In this document: positions 1-6,747 of the stretch, piece after piece | Layout: each line of letters starts with the position of its first letter | How positions within the stretch are numbered: position 1 is the first letter of the stretch | Source: a virus | Lineage: Duplodnaviria > Heunggongvirae > Uroviricota > Caudoviricetes | Virus record (IMG/VR): IMGVR_UViG_2695420596_000008 | Location: 1 to 10,352 of that record | DNA length: 10,352 bases | Direction: 5' to 3' (one strand) | The notes under the pieces: model-generated | The model's database searches: none | Seen by the model: the letters and a program-made list of their open reading frames with translations, nothing else | What the model was told of the DNA's origin: nothing | Made by a program: the position numbers and the translations under genes

Positions 1-1074
1 TCATTTGTCGATTTCAATTTTGTCCCATTCCCGTCCACGGCTGTCCCTATACCGCGCCGCCATTGAATCTGATTTATGCCCGAGAAGACGTTGAGCAAAC
101 TTATCGCCAATCTGGTTCCGGTATAGCCTCGCTGACAGGCTACGCAGTTCATGGAATGTTGGCGGGTTTCCATCAAATGAGAGGCCAGATGCATTTCTCG
201 CCTTTGTAAAATACTTTGATACTGTTTTCGGGGAAAGCGGATCGTGATGCTTTGATGCGATTATAGTTTCACTGCTGCTGGCCTCCCTGCATTTCTGTAG
301 TGTATCAGCCAATGAGATATTGAGCGCGTCAATCGTTAGCGTTAGCGGAATGGCGAGTTTAGCCCCTGTTTTACTCTGTTTAATGTGAAGATGGTTGTCG
401 TTTATGTCTGACCATTTCATTCTGCACAAATCGCCGACTCTCTGCCCTGTAACGACGGCCAAATCCATCGCCAGCCTTAGCCAGATAGGGAGAGGTTCGG
501 CTGCATGGTAAATCTCGACATACTCATTAGCTGTCAGCCTTGAGCGCCTTACTTCTGACTTTGCTGTACGGGTTGCTGTTACCGGATTCGTTGCCACATG
601 CCCCTCGGCTATTGCTTCACGAAAAACGTCAACAAGGGTTGACCTGATTAATTTTGCGGAAGCTGCTTTACCTTCTGCTACGTAGGTGTTTAGCATTGCT
701 GCCACTTCTTTCGTTGATATGTCAGTGAGCGGTTTGTCCGGCAATTTTCTTCGGATTGCCCTGATTTTGCTGGCGTAGTCGAGTAGAGTTTTCGGCCTGA
801 TCCCCCTTTCGGTGAGGATTGTTTCATATCGGTCAAGCCACACATGAAGAGTGATTGCGTCACCGCCTTTAATTCTGTCTATCAGTGATTTGCGTCCGCT
901 GTCTGAGAGTAACTCAATATTGGCCTGTATTGCTTCAGTGATTGCTATCCTCCTGTCTCGGCCTAATCCAAACTCTTTACCCGTCCTTGGGTCCCTGTAG
1001 CAGTAATATCCATTGTTTCTTATATAAAGGTTAGGGGGTAAATCCCGGCGCTCATGACTTCGCCTTCTTCCCAT
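1..1074 (-). CDS. int: Tyrosine-recombinase integrase, lambda/HK022 Int family
   Basis: 357-codon ORF whose stop lies at the window edge. The N-terminus MGRRRSHERRDLPPNLYIRNNGYYCYRDPRTGKEFGLGRD reads as the lambda-family arm-binding domain. The catalytic signature is present: TGQRVGDL (Arg), FHELRS (His-x-x-Arg), LLGHKS (His), ARYRD (Tyr). It overlaps xis by 23 nt, as in lambda. The length (357 aa) and the central domain look HK022-type rather than lambda-type, from memory. Confidence 0.97.
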   Translation of the reverse strand: MGRRRSHERRDLPPNLYIRNNGYYCYRDPRTGKEFGLGRDRRIAITEAIQANIELLSDSGRKSLIDRIKGGDAITLHVWLDRYETILTERGIRPKTLLDYASKIRAIRRKLPDKPLTDISTKEVAAMLNTYVAEGKAASAKLIRSTLVDVFREAIAEGHVATNPVTATRTAKSEVRRSRLTANEYVEIYHAAEPLPIWLRLAMDLAVVTGQRVGDLCRMKWSDINDNHLHIKQSKTGAKLAIPLTLTIDALNISLADTLQKCREASSSETIIASKHHDPLSPKTVSKYFTKARNASGLSFDGNPPTFHELRSLSARLYRNQIGDKFAQRLLGHKSDSMAARYRDSRGREWDKIEIDK

Positions 1075-1270
1075 TTCTGATCCTCTTCAAAAGGCTACCT
1101 GTTACTGGTCGATTTAAGTCAACCTTTACCGCTGATTCGTGGAACAGATACTCTCTTCCATCCTTAACCGGAGGAGGGAATATCCTGCACTCGCGTACCC
1201 ATCGACGAACTGTTTCAAGGCTTCTTGGGCGTCGCTGGCGTGCGTTCCACTCCTGAAGTGTCAAGTACAT
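1052..1270 (-). CDS. xis: Excisionase Xis
   Basis: 72-aa ORF MYLTLQEWNARQRRPRSLETVRRWVRECRIFPPPVKDGREYLFHESAVKVDLNRPVTG.. reads as lambda Xis. It overlaps the int start. Confidence 0.97.
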   Translation of the reverse strand: MYLTLQEWNARQRRPRSLETVRRWVRECRIFPPPVKDGREYLFHESAVKVDLNRPVTGSLLKRIRNGKKAKS

Positions 1271-1296
1271 CGCAAAGTCTCCGCAATTACACGCAA
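1264..1296 (-). promoter_or_regulatory. pI-like CII-activated promoter for int
   Basis: The minus strand reads TTGCGTGTAATTGC (plus 1283-1296), a TTGC-N6-TTGC CII site. It is followed by 13 nt and then TGTACT (1264-1269). The geometry matches the pRE-like site at 9438-9470. The promoter sits across the xis start codon, so its transcripts would express int but not xis, as in lambda. Confidence 0.6.
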
Positions 1297-1320
1297 GAAA
1301 AAACCGCCATCAGGCGGCTT
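1296..1320 (-). terminator. Intrinsic terminator-like hairpin between the 55-codon ORF and xis
   Basis: Minus strand: GCCGCC-TGAT-GGCGG followed by TTTTTTCTTG. It overlaps the stop codon of the 55-codon ORF. Confidence 0.55.
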
Positions 1321-1477
1321 GGTGTTCTTTCAGTTCTTCAATTCGAATATTGGTTACGTCTGCATGTGCTATCTGCGCCCATATCATCCAGTGGTCATAG
1401 CAGTCATTGATGTTCTCTGCTTCGATAACTCTGTTGAATGGTTCTCCATTCCATTCACCTGTGACTCGGAAGTGCAT
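1310..1477 (-). CDS. Small conserved lambdoid protein (55 aa) upstream of xis
   Basis: Hand-translated because it is below the ORF-track cutoff: MHFRVTGEWNGEPFNRVIEAENINDCYDHWMIWAQIAHADVTNIRIEELKEHQAA*. Its size and position match the 55-codon ORF I recall just upstream of xis in lambda. The overlapping 61/117-aa track ORFs have no comparable support. Confidence 0.7.
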   Translation of the reverse strand: MHFRVTGEWNGEPFNRVIEAENINDCYDHWMIWAQIAHADVTNIRIEELKEHQAA

Positions 1478-1529
1478 TTATCATCTCCATAAAACAAAAC
1501 CCGCCGTAGCGAGTTCAGATAAAAGAAAT

Positions 1530-1545
1530 CCTCGTCAGTGCGAGG
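1530..1545 (-). terminator. Weak terminator-like hairpin
   Basis: Minus strand: CCTCG-CACTGA-CGAGG followed by ATTTCTTTTATCT. The stem is only 5 bp and the U-tract is interrupted. Confidence 0.3.
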
Positions 1546-1719
1546 ATGCTGTTCATTGCTGCTATACACTTTTTTGCTCTCAACGTAAGCGGTAGCTCAT
1601 TCTGTTGGGTTGGTGCAGTTGCTTTTAGGAAATGCTATTTACCCCTTAAACGTCGGCTGAAAGAGCTAAAATCCATGCAAAAAATTTACGCAATTTTGTG
1701 TATTATTGTGCAGTAAGTA

Positions 1720-2322
1720 ATGAGCTATTTTCTGCGCAAAAAATGGATGGTAAATTTGTCCGGGGCAGGAAAAATTTTATGGACGCTAAACATGAAAAAA
1801 GATTCGTATCCTTATTTGATTTGCATGACAGTTTCAGGCCTGATCTTTATTTTCCTTTTCTTCTGGTGGCGGGCAGATATTTACAGGGTCACGTTTCTTA
1901 ATCAGAGTATATCCCACTATTACATTCTGTTTAGCATGGGAATAGCTTTTCTGTTATCTCTGTTTTGGGTTAAGAAGGGGATAGTAAAACAAAGCGGCTG
2001 GAAGAGTCTGTCAGCATACCTTAAGGTTTATGCAGGGATGTGCATATTTGCTGGATTTTTTCTGATTATACCCCTTACAACACTAACTTATTTTTTGCCT
2101 GGAGAGACATCGTCTTATGTTGCACCGTATCGGTATACTTCCGGTAGTTCAAAAAGTTGTTCTGGAGCTGAGGTGGATGACCCCGATCTACATGAGAATA
2201 TTCGCATTTGCTATCCGTATGGCAATTATGAGTACGATAATATTATCTATGTTGAAAAGAAAATTAATACATTAGGTGCGGTAGTAACATATGCACAGAC
2301 CGCGCGTGATGATACTGAATGA
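1720..2322 (+). CDS. Hypothetical integral membrane protein (about 3 TM segments plus a roughly 75-aa C-terminal soluble domain); moron-like accessory gene
   Basis: 200-codon ORF on the strand opposite to all neighbouring pL-operon genes. It looks clearly more AT-rich than exo/bet (estimated by eye, not counted). Hydrophobic stretches: YLICMTVSGLIFIFLFFWW, YYILFSMGIAFLLSLFWV, YAGMCIFAGFFLIIPLTTLTYFL. A hairpin follows at 2357-2380. The start is uncertain (ATG at 1720, 1747 or 1792, none with a strong SD). Confidence 0.7.
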   Translation: MSYFLRKKWMVNLSGAGKILWTLNMKKDSYPYLICMTVSGLIFIFLFFWWRADIYRVTFLNQSISHYYILFSMGIAFLLSLFWVKKGIVKQSGWKSLSAYLKVYAGMCIFAGFFLIIPLTTLTYFLPGETSSYVAPYRYTSGSSKSCSGAEVDDPDLHENIRICYPYGNYEYDNIIYVEKKINTLGAVVTYAQTARDDTE

Positions 2323-2356
2323 GATAGTATATAGCGGGCAAGTTTTAGTTAATTTA

Positions 2357-2392
2357 TCGAGGTAATATAATTTACCTCGACTCGTTTATTCT
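2357..2392 (+). terminator. Intrinsic terminator of the membrane-protein moron
   Basis: Perfect 9-bp stem TCGAGGTAA (2357-2365) / TTACCTCGA (2372-2380) with loop TATAAT, followed by CTCGTTTATTCTGG. It lies 35 nt after the stop codon. Confidence 0.55.
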
Positions 2393-2532
2393 GGTATTAA
2401 TATTTCGCTTTACGATCGATTTTTATCTGATGATATCATGCGGTTTTCATATACTGACTTACTGTCTTTTCTCCGTTAGCGATTTTCTCCTGCTCAGCGA
2501 TGATTTTATCTTTGGCTTCTAGTTAATTTCGC

Positions 2533-2754
2533 TCACTTCGAACCTCTCTGTTTACTGATAAGTTCCAGATCCTCCTGGCAACTTGCACAAGTCCGACAAC
2601 CCTGAACGGCCAGGCGTCTTCGCTCATCTATGGGATCGCCACACTCACAACAATGAGTGGCAGATATAGCCTGGTGGTTCAGGCGGCGCATTTTTATTGC
2701 TGTGTTGCGCTGTAATTCTTCAATTTCTGATGCTGAATCAATGATGTCTGCCAT
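2533..2754 (-). CDS. orf73: TraR/DksA-family C4 zinc-finger protein (73 aa), the orf73 position of the exo-xis region
   Basis: The CxxC-N17-CxxC motif (CCECGDPIDERRRLAVQGCRTCASC) is typical of TraR/DksA C4 fingers. The 73-aa length and its location downstream of orf61 in the exo-xis region match what I recall as orf73 of lambdoid phages. Confidence 0.85.
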   Translation of the reverse strand: MADIIDSASEIEELQRNTAIKMRRLNHQAISATHCCECGDPIDERRRLAVQGCRTCASCQEDLELISKQRGSK

Positions 2755-2806
2755 CTTCCATTAATCCCTGAATTGTTGGTTAATACGCTTGAGGGTGAAT
2801 GCGAAC

Positions 2807-2830
2807 AATAAAAAAGGAGCCTGTAGCTCC
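2807..2830 (-). terminator. Intrinsic terminator-like hairpin upstream of orf73
   Basis: Minus strand: GGAGC-TACAG-GCTCC followed by TTTTTTATTG. Confidence 0.5.
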
Positions 2831-2852
2831 CTGATGATTTTGCTTTTCATGC

Positions 2853-3134
2853 TCACCGTTCCTTAAAGACGCCGTTTAACATGCCGATCGCCAGGCTTAA
2901 ATGAGTCGGTGTGAATCCCATCAGCGTTACCGTTTCGCGGTGCTTCTTCAGTACGCTACGGCAAATGTCATCGACGTTTTTATCCGGAAACTGCTGTCTG
3001 GCTTTTTTGATTTCAGAATTAGCCTGACGGGCAATGCTGCGAAGGGCGTTTTCTTGCTGAGGTGTCACTGAACAAGCCCCATGTCGGCAAGCATAAGCAC
3101 ACAGAATATGAAGCCCGCTGCCAGAAAAATGCAT
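2853..3134 (-). CDS. exo-xis region ORF (orf61-like); start uncertain
   Basis: 93-codon ORF with no SD before the ATG at 3134. An alternative GTG at 3068 has GGGG 8 nt upstream and forms a GTGA overlap with a 27-codon upstream ORF; it would give a 71-aa product, MTPQQENALRSIARQANSEIKKARQQFPDK... The position corresponds to lambda orf61, but the reading frame is organised differently (see findings). Confidence 0.5.
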   Translation of the reverse strand: MHFSGSGLHILCAYACRHGACSVTPQQENALRSIARQANSEIKKARQQFPDKNVDDICRSVLKKHRETVTLMGFTPTHLSLAIGMLNGVFKER

Positions 3135-3144
3135 TCAGTGGTTG

Positions 3145-3336
3145 TCATACCTGGTCTCTCTCATCTGCTTCTGCTTTCGCCACCATCATTTCCAGCTTTT
3201 GTGAAAGGGATGTGGCTAACGTATGAAATTCTTCGTCTGTTTCTACTGGTATTGGCACAAACCTGACTCCAATTTGAGCAAGGCTATGTGCCATCTCAAT
3301 GCTCGTTCTTAACTCAACAGGAGATGCTTTGTGCAT
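3145..3336 (-). CDS. orf63: exo-xis region protein Orf63
   Basis: 63-aa [40 protein letters not shown]... Its size, position and 28-nt overlap with orf60a match lambda orf63 as I recall it. Confidence 0.85.
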   Translation of the reverse strand: MHKASPVELRTSIEMAHSLAQIGVRFVPIPVETDEEFHTLATSLSQKLEMMVAKAEADERDQV

Positions 3337-3491
3337 ACAGCCCCTCGTTTATTATTTATCTCCTCAGCCAGCCGCTGGGCTTTCAGTGGATTTTGGATAA
3401 CAGAAAGGTCGGGAAATACCCAGCCTCGCTTTGTAACGGAGTAGACGAAAGTGATCGCACCTACCCGGATATTATCGTGAGGATGCTTCAT
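3309..3491 (-). CDS. orf60a: exo-xis region protein Orf60a
   Basis: The ATG at 3491 forms an ATGA overlap with the exo stop and gives a 60-aa product, [24 protein letters not shown]... The track ORF starts two codons earlier, at 3497. Confidence 0.85.
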   Translation of the reverse strand: MKHPHDNIRVGAITFVYSVTKRGWVFPDLSVIQNPLKAQRLAEEINNKRGAVCTKHLLLS

Positions 3492-4168
3492 CGCCATTGC
3501 TCCCCAAATACAAAACCAATTTCAGCCAGTGCCTCGTCCATTTTTTCGATGAACTCCGGCACCATCTCGTCAAAACCCGCCATGTACTTTTCATCCCGCT
3601 CAACCACGACATAATGCAGTCCTTCACGCTTCATACGCGGGTCATAGTTGGCAAAGTACCAGGCATCTTTTCGCGTCACCCACATGCTGTACTGCACCTG
3701 GGCCATGTAAGCTGACTTTATGGCCTCGAAACCACCGAGCCGGAACTTCATGAAATCCCGGGAGGTAAACGGGCATTTCAGTTCAAGGCCGTTGCCGTCA
3801 CTGCATAAACCATCTGGAGAGCAGGCGGTACGCATACTTTCGTCGCGATAGATGATCGGTGATTCAGTAACATTCACGCCGGAAGTGAACTCAAACAGGG
3901 CTCTGGCGTCGTTCTCGTACTGTTTTCCCCAGGCCAGCGCTTTAGCGTTAACTTCCGGAGCCACACCGGTGCAAACCTCAGCAAGCAGGGTGTGGAAGTA
4001 GGACATTTTCATGTCAGGCCACTTTTTTCCGGAGCGGGGTTTTGCTATTACGTTATGAACTTCTGAAGCTGTGATGACGCCGAGCCGTAATTTGTGCCAC
4101 GCATCATCCCCCTGTTCGACAGCTCTCACGTCGATCCCGGTACGCTGCAGGATAATGTCCGGTGTCAT
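3488..4168 (-). CDS. exo: Lambda exonuclease (Red alpha)
   Basis: The 226-aa translation [65 protein letters not shown]... reads as lambda Exo almost residue for residue. There is a 4-nt overlap with bet. Confidence 0.98.
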   Translation of the reverse strand: MTPDIILQRTGIDVRAVEQGDDAWHKLRLGVITASEVHNVIAKPRSGKKWPDMKMSYFHTLLAEVCTGVAPEVNAKALAWGKQYENDARALFEFTSGVNVTESPIIYRDESMRTACSPDGLCSDGNGLELKCPFTSRDFMKFRLGGFEAIKSAYMAQVQYSMWVTRKDAWYFANYDPRMKREGLHYVVVERDEKYMAGFDEMVPEFIEKMDEALAEIGFVFGEQWR

Positions 4169-4950
4169 GCTGCCACCTTCTGCTCAGTGGCTTTCTGTTT
4201 CAGGAATCCAAGAGCTTTCACTGCTTCGGCCTGTGTCAGTTCTGACGATGCGCGAATGTCGCGGCGAAATATCTGGGAACAGAGCGGCAATAAGTCGTCA
4301 TCCCATGTTTTATCCAGGGCGATTAGCAGAGTGTTAATCTCCTGCATGGTTTCATCGTTAACCGGAGTGATGTCGCGTTCCGGCTGGCGTTCTGCAGTGT
4401 ATGCAGTATTTTCGACAATGCGCTCGGCTTCATCCTTGTCATAGATACCAGCAAATCCGAAGGCCAGACGGGCACACTGAATCATAGCTTTATGCCGTAA
4501 CATCCGTTTAGGATGCGACTGCCACGGCCCCGTGATTTCTCTGCCTTCGCGGGTTTTGAATGGTTCGCGGCGGCATTCATCCATCCATTCGGTAACGCAG
4601 ATCGGATGATTACGGTCCTTGCGGTAAATCCGGCATGTACAGGATTCATTGTCCTGCTCAAAGTCCATGCCATCAAACTGCTGGTTTTCATTGATGATGC
4701 GGGACCAGCCATCAACGCCCACCACCGGAACGATGCCGTTCTGCTTATCAGGGAAGGCGTAAATTTCTTTCGTCCACGGATTAAGGCCGTACTGGTTGGC
4801 GACGATCAACAATGCGATGAACTGCGCATCGCTGGCATCGCCTTTAAATGCCGTCTGGCGAAGAGTGGTGATCAGTTCCTGTGGGTCGACAGAATCCATG
4901 CCGACACGTTCAGCCAGCTTCCCTGCCAGCGTTGCGAGTGCTGTACTCAT
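4165..4950 (-). CDS. bet: Red beta single-strand annealing protein
   Basis: The 261-aa translation [66 protein letters not shown]... reads as lambda Bet. Confidence 0.98.
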   Translation of the reverse strand: MSTALATLAGKLAERVGMDSVDPQELITTLRQTAFKGDASDAQFIALLIVANQYGLNPWTKEIYAFPDKQNGIVPVVGVDGWSRIINENQQFDGMDFEQDNESCTCRIYRKDRNHPICVTEWMDECRREPFKTREGREITGPWQSHPKRMLRHKAMIQCARLAFGFAGIYDKDEAERIVENTAYTAERQPERDITPVNDETMQEINTLLIALDKTWDDDLLPLCSQIFRRDIRASSELTQAEAVKALGFLKQKATEQKVAA

Positions 4951-4955
4951 CCGTT

Positions 4956-5372
4956 TTATACCTCTGAATCAATATCAACCTGATGGTGAGCAATGGTTTC
5001 AACCATGTACCGGATGTGTTCTGCCATGCGCTCCTGAAACTCAACATCGTCATCAAACGCACGGGTAATGGCTTTTTTGCTGGCCCCGTGGCGTTGCAAA
5101 TGACCGATGCATAGCGATTCAAACAGGTGCTGGGGCAGGCCTTTTTCCATGTCGTCTGCCAGTTCTGCCTCTTTCTCTTCACGGGCTATCTGCTGGTAGT
5201 GACGCGCCCAGCTCTGAGCCTCAAGACGATCCTGAATGTAATAAGCGTTCATGGCCGAACTCCTGAAATAGCTGTGAAAATATCGCCCGCGAAATGCCGG
5301 GCTGATTAGGAAAACAGGAAAGGGGGTTAGTGAATGCTTTTGCTTGATCTCAGTTTCAGTATTAATATCCAT
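4956..5372 (-). CDS. gam: Gam, RecBCD inhibitor
   Basis: The 138-aa translation [61 protein letters not shown]... reads as lambda Gam. An internal Met (MNAYYIQ) would give the short form. Confidence 0.98.
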   Translation of the reverse strand: MDINTETEIKQKHSLTPFPVFLISPAFRGRYFHSYFRSSAMNAYYIQDRLEAQSWARHYQQIAREEKEAELADDMEKGLPQHLFESLCIGHLQRHGASKKAITRAFDDDVEFQERMAEHIRYMVETIAHHQVDIDSEV

Positions 5373-5470
5373 TTTTTATAAGCGTCGACGGCCTCACGAA
5401 ACATCTTTTCATCGCCAATAAAAGTGGCGATAGTGAATTTAGTCTGGATAGCCATAAGTGTTTGATCCAT
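5327..5470 (-). CDS. kil: Kil (FtsZ-targeting host-killing peptide, 47 aa)
   Basis: An internal Met of the 89-aa track ORF gives [47 protein letters not shown], which is lambda Kil as I recall it. It overlaps both gam and cIII, as in lambda. Confidence 0.9.
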   Translation of the reverse strand: MDQTLMAIQTKFTIATFIGDEKMFREAVDAYKKWILILKLRSSKSIH

Positions 5471-5603
5471 TTTTTGGGACTCCTGGCTGATTAAGTATGT
5501 CGATAAGGCGTTTCCATCCGTCACGTAATTTACGGGTGATTCGTTCAAGTAAAGATTCGGAAGGGCAGCCAGCAACAGGCCACCCTGCAATGGCATATTG
5601 CAT
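5439..5603 (-). CDS. cIII: CIII, FtsH (HflB) protease inhibitor (54 aa)
   Basis: Hand-translated because it is below the ORF cutoff: [54 protein letters not shown], which reads as lambda CIII. The SD AAGGAG lies 7 nt upstream (taaataAGGAGcacaccATG). Confidence 0.93.
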   Translation of the reverse strand: MQYAIAGWPVAGCPSESLLERITRKLRDGWKRLIDILNQPGVPKNGSNTYGYPD

Positions 5604-5627
5604 GGTGTGCTCCTTATTTATACATAA

Positions 5628-5652
5628 CGAAAAACGCCTCGAGTGAAGCGTT
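5628..5652 (-). terminator. Intrinsic terminator-like hairpin between ea10 and cIII (tL2-type position)
   Basis: Minus-strand RNA: AACGCUUC-ACUC-GAGGCGUU (8 bp including one G-U pair) followed by UUUCGUUAUG. Confidence 0.5.
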
Positions 5653-5675
5653 ATTGGTATGCGGTAACGCAGCGC

Positions 5676-6044
5676 TCAGGCGGCTTTGATAGTCATATCA
5701 TCTGAATCAAATATTCCTGATGTATCGATATCGGTAATTCTTATTCCTTCGCTACCATCCATTGGAGGCCATCCTTCCTGACCATTTCCATCATTCCAGT
5801 CGAACTCACACACAACACCATATGCATTTAAGTCGCTTGAAATTGCTATAAGCAGAGCATGTTGCGCCAGCATGATTAATACAGCATTTAATACAGAGCC
5901 GTGTTTATTGAGTCGGTATTCAGAGTCTGACCAGAAATTATTAATCTGGTGAAGTTTTTCCTCTGTCATTACGTCATGGTCGATTTCAATTTCTATTGAT
6001 GCTTTCCAGTCGTAATCAATGATGTATTTTTTGATGTTTGACAT
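5676..6044 (-). CDS. ea10: Ea10 (lambda early-left protein, 122 aa)
   Basis: The 122-aa translation MSNIKKYIIDYDWKASIEIEIDHDVMTEEKLHQINNFWSDSEYRLNKHG... matches lambda Ea10 in size, position and sequence, from memory. Confidence 0.9.
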   Translation of the reverse strand: MSNIKKYIIDYDWKASIEIEIDHDVMTEEKLHQINNFWSDSEYRLNKHGSVLNAVLIMLAQHALLIAISSDLNAYGVVCEFDWNDGNGQEGWPPMDGSEGIRITDIDTSGIFDSDDMTIKAA

Positions 6045-6063
6045 CTATTCATATCCTCATAGA

Positions 6064-6092
6064 TAAAAAATTGCCCTCACATCGGAGGGCAA
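6064..6092 (-). terminator. Strong intrinsic terminator upstream of ea10
   Basis: Minus strand: TTGCCCTC-CGATGT-GAGGGCAA (8-bp GC-rich stem) followed by TTTTTTATC. Confidence 0.7.
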
Positions 6093-6206
6093 AGAAGATT
6101 TCCAATAATCAGAACAAGTCGGCTCCTGTTTAATTATGAGCGACATTTCTCCGTGTATTCACTCGTTGGAATGAATGCACAGTGCAGTGTTTATTCTGTT
6201 GTTTAT

Positions 6207-6235
6207 GCCAAAAATAAAGGCCGACTATGCGGCCT
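6207..6235 (-). terminator. Intrinsic terminator after the 149-aa membrane-protein gene
   Basis: Minus strand: AGGCCG-CATAGT-CGGCCT followed by TTATTTTTGG. It begins 5 nt after the stop at 6240. Confidence 0.65.
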
Positions 6236-6239
6236 AAAA

Positions 6240-6689
6240 TTACTTAACCAATGATGCTGCATATTCGATAAGGTAAAGCTTTGGGGCCAGCCAAATTTTT
6301 AACCAAGTCATATTGGTTACTACAGCAATAATAAAACTTACCCACAGAACAAAAACTGCAGCTAATGGTAAGATTAGAAAACTAATCTCACCGTTACTTT
6401 CCCAAATCATAGTCGGTTTGTATTTAGTCTTCCCCTTATCCCATGACCATCCTTCATCATCGAACTTACCAATTTCAACTTTTTGGCACTGTTTCTTCAT
6501 AAACCAGAAAACCAGCGGGATTGTTAAAATGGCTATTAATGTTTTAATCAGACTGTCAACCATATTCCATAGCAGTAACTGATGAACAACATCAGGAATC
6601 TGTGCCTGGCTAAATGAGACAGCCGCGTCTATTCCATTACTGGCTTTTTGCAATAGTTCTATGAGAATCTTATTTGCCTGTTCTTCCAT
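6240..6689 (-). CDS. Hypothetical membrane protein (2 predicted TM segments) immediately downstream of N
   Basis: 149-codon ORF with a good SD (GAGGTGatatATG). TM candidates: LIKTLIAILTIPLVFWFM and ISFLILPLAAVFVLWVSFIIAVV. It has its own terminator. It occupies the slot where lambda carries sieB/ral, but I see no similarity to either. Confidence 0.75.
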   Translation of the reverse strand: MEEQANKILIELLQKASNGIDAAVSFSQAQIPDVVHQLLLWNMVDSLIKTLIAILTIPLVFWFMKKQCQKVEIGKFDDEGWSWDKGKTKYKPTMIWESNGEISFLILPLAAVFVLWVSFIIAVVTNMTWLKIWLAPKLYLIEYAASLVK

Positions 6690-6747
6690 ATATCACCTCA
6701 AATAAGTGGTTTGCTGCCTAATTTCATTTTCTGGCGAACAGTGCAGG

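Noticed and set aside
1139-1595. Track ORFs 1139-1492(+), 1225-1410(+), 1384-1569(-) and 1407-1595(+)
   Set aside because: They overlap xis and the 55-codon conserved ORF in wrong frames or on the wrong strand. They have no ribosome-binding sites, and their translations look like random sequence.
1698-1901. 67-aa plus-strand ORF overlapping the 5' end of the 200-aa ORF
   Set aside because: It is an alternate frame of the same AT-rich region. The longer frame yields coherent TM helices, and this one does not.
2761-2850. 29-codon minus-strand ORF (MKSKIIRELQAPFLLFAFTLKRINQQFRD) between the orf61-like ORF and orf73
   Set aside because: It runs straight through the terminator-like hairpin and T-tract (2807-2830) and lacks an SD. 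It is more likely non-coding.
3081-3614. Plus-strand ORFs 3081-3266 and 3288-3614
   Set aside because: They are antisense to orf63, orf60a and the exo 3' end, and have no independent support.
3497-5309. Plus-strand ORFs (3497-3715, 4071-4337, 4094-4444, 4513-4983, 4796-5068, 5127-5309) and minus-strand alternate-frame ORFs (4482-4715, 4910-5182)
   Set aside because: They are shadow ORFs, antisense or out of frame within exo, bet and gam. Those genes' own frames match well-known proteins end to end. The shadow ORFs have no SDs and low-complexity Arg/Ser/Ala-rich translations.
5327-5596. 89-aa minus-strand track ORF spanning kil and cIII
   Set aside because: It is a composite. The supported products are Kil, from the internal Met (5470-5327, 47 aa), and CIII, in a different frame (5603-5439). 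The N-terminal extension MPLQGGLLLAALPNLYLNESP... is the cIII region read out of frame.
6057-6146. 29-codon minus-strand ORF (MSLIIKQEPTCSDYWKSSLPSDVRAIFYL)
   Set aside because: The GGAGA is only 1 nt from the ATG, and the frame reads through the strong terminator hairpin at 6064-6092. The region is better explained as intergenic terminator sequence.
6313-6582. 89-aa plus-strand ORF
   Set aside because: It is antisense to the 149-aa membrane-protein gene, which has the SD and the terminator.
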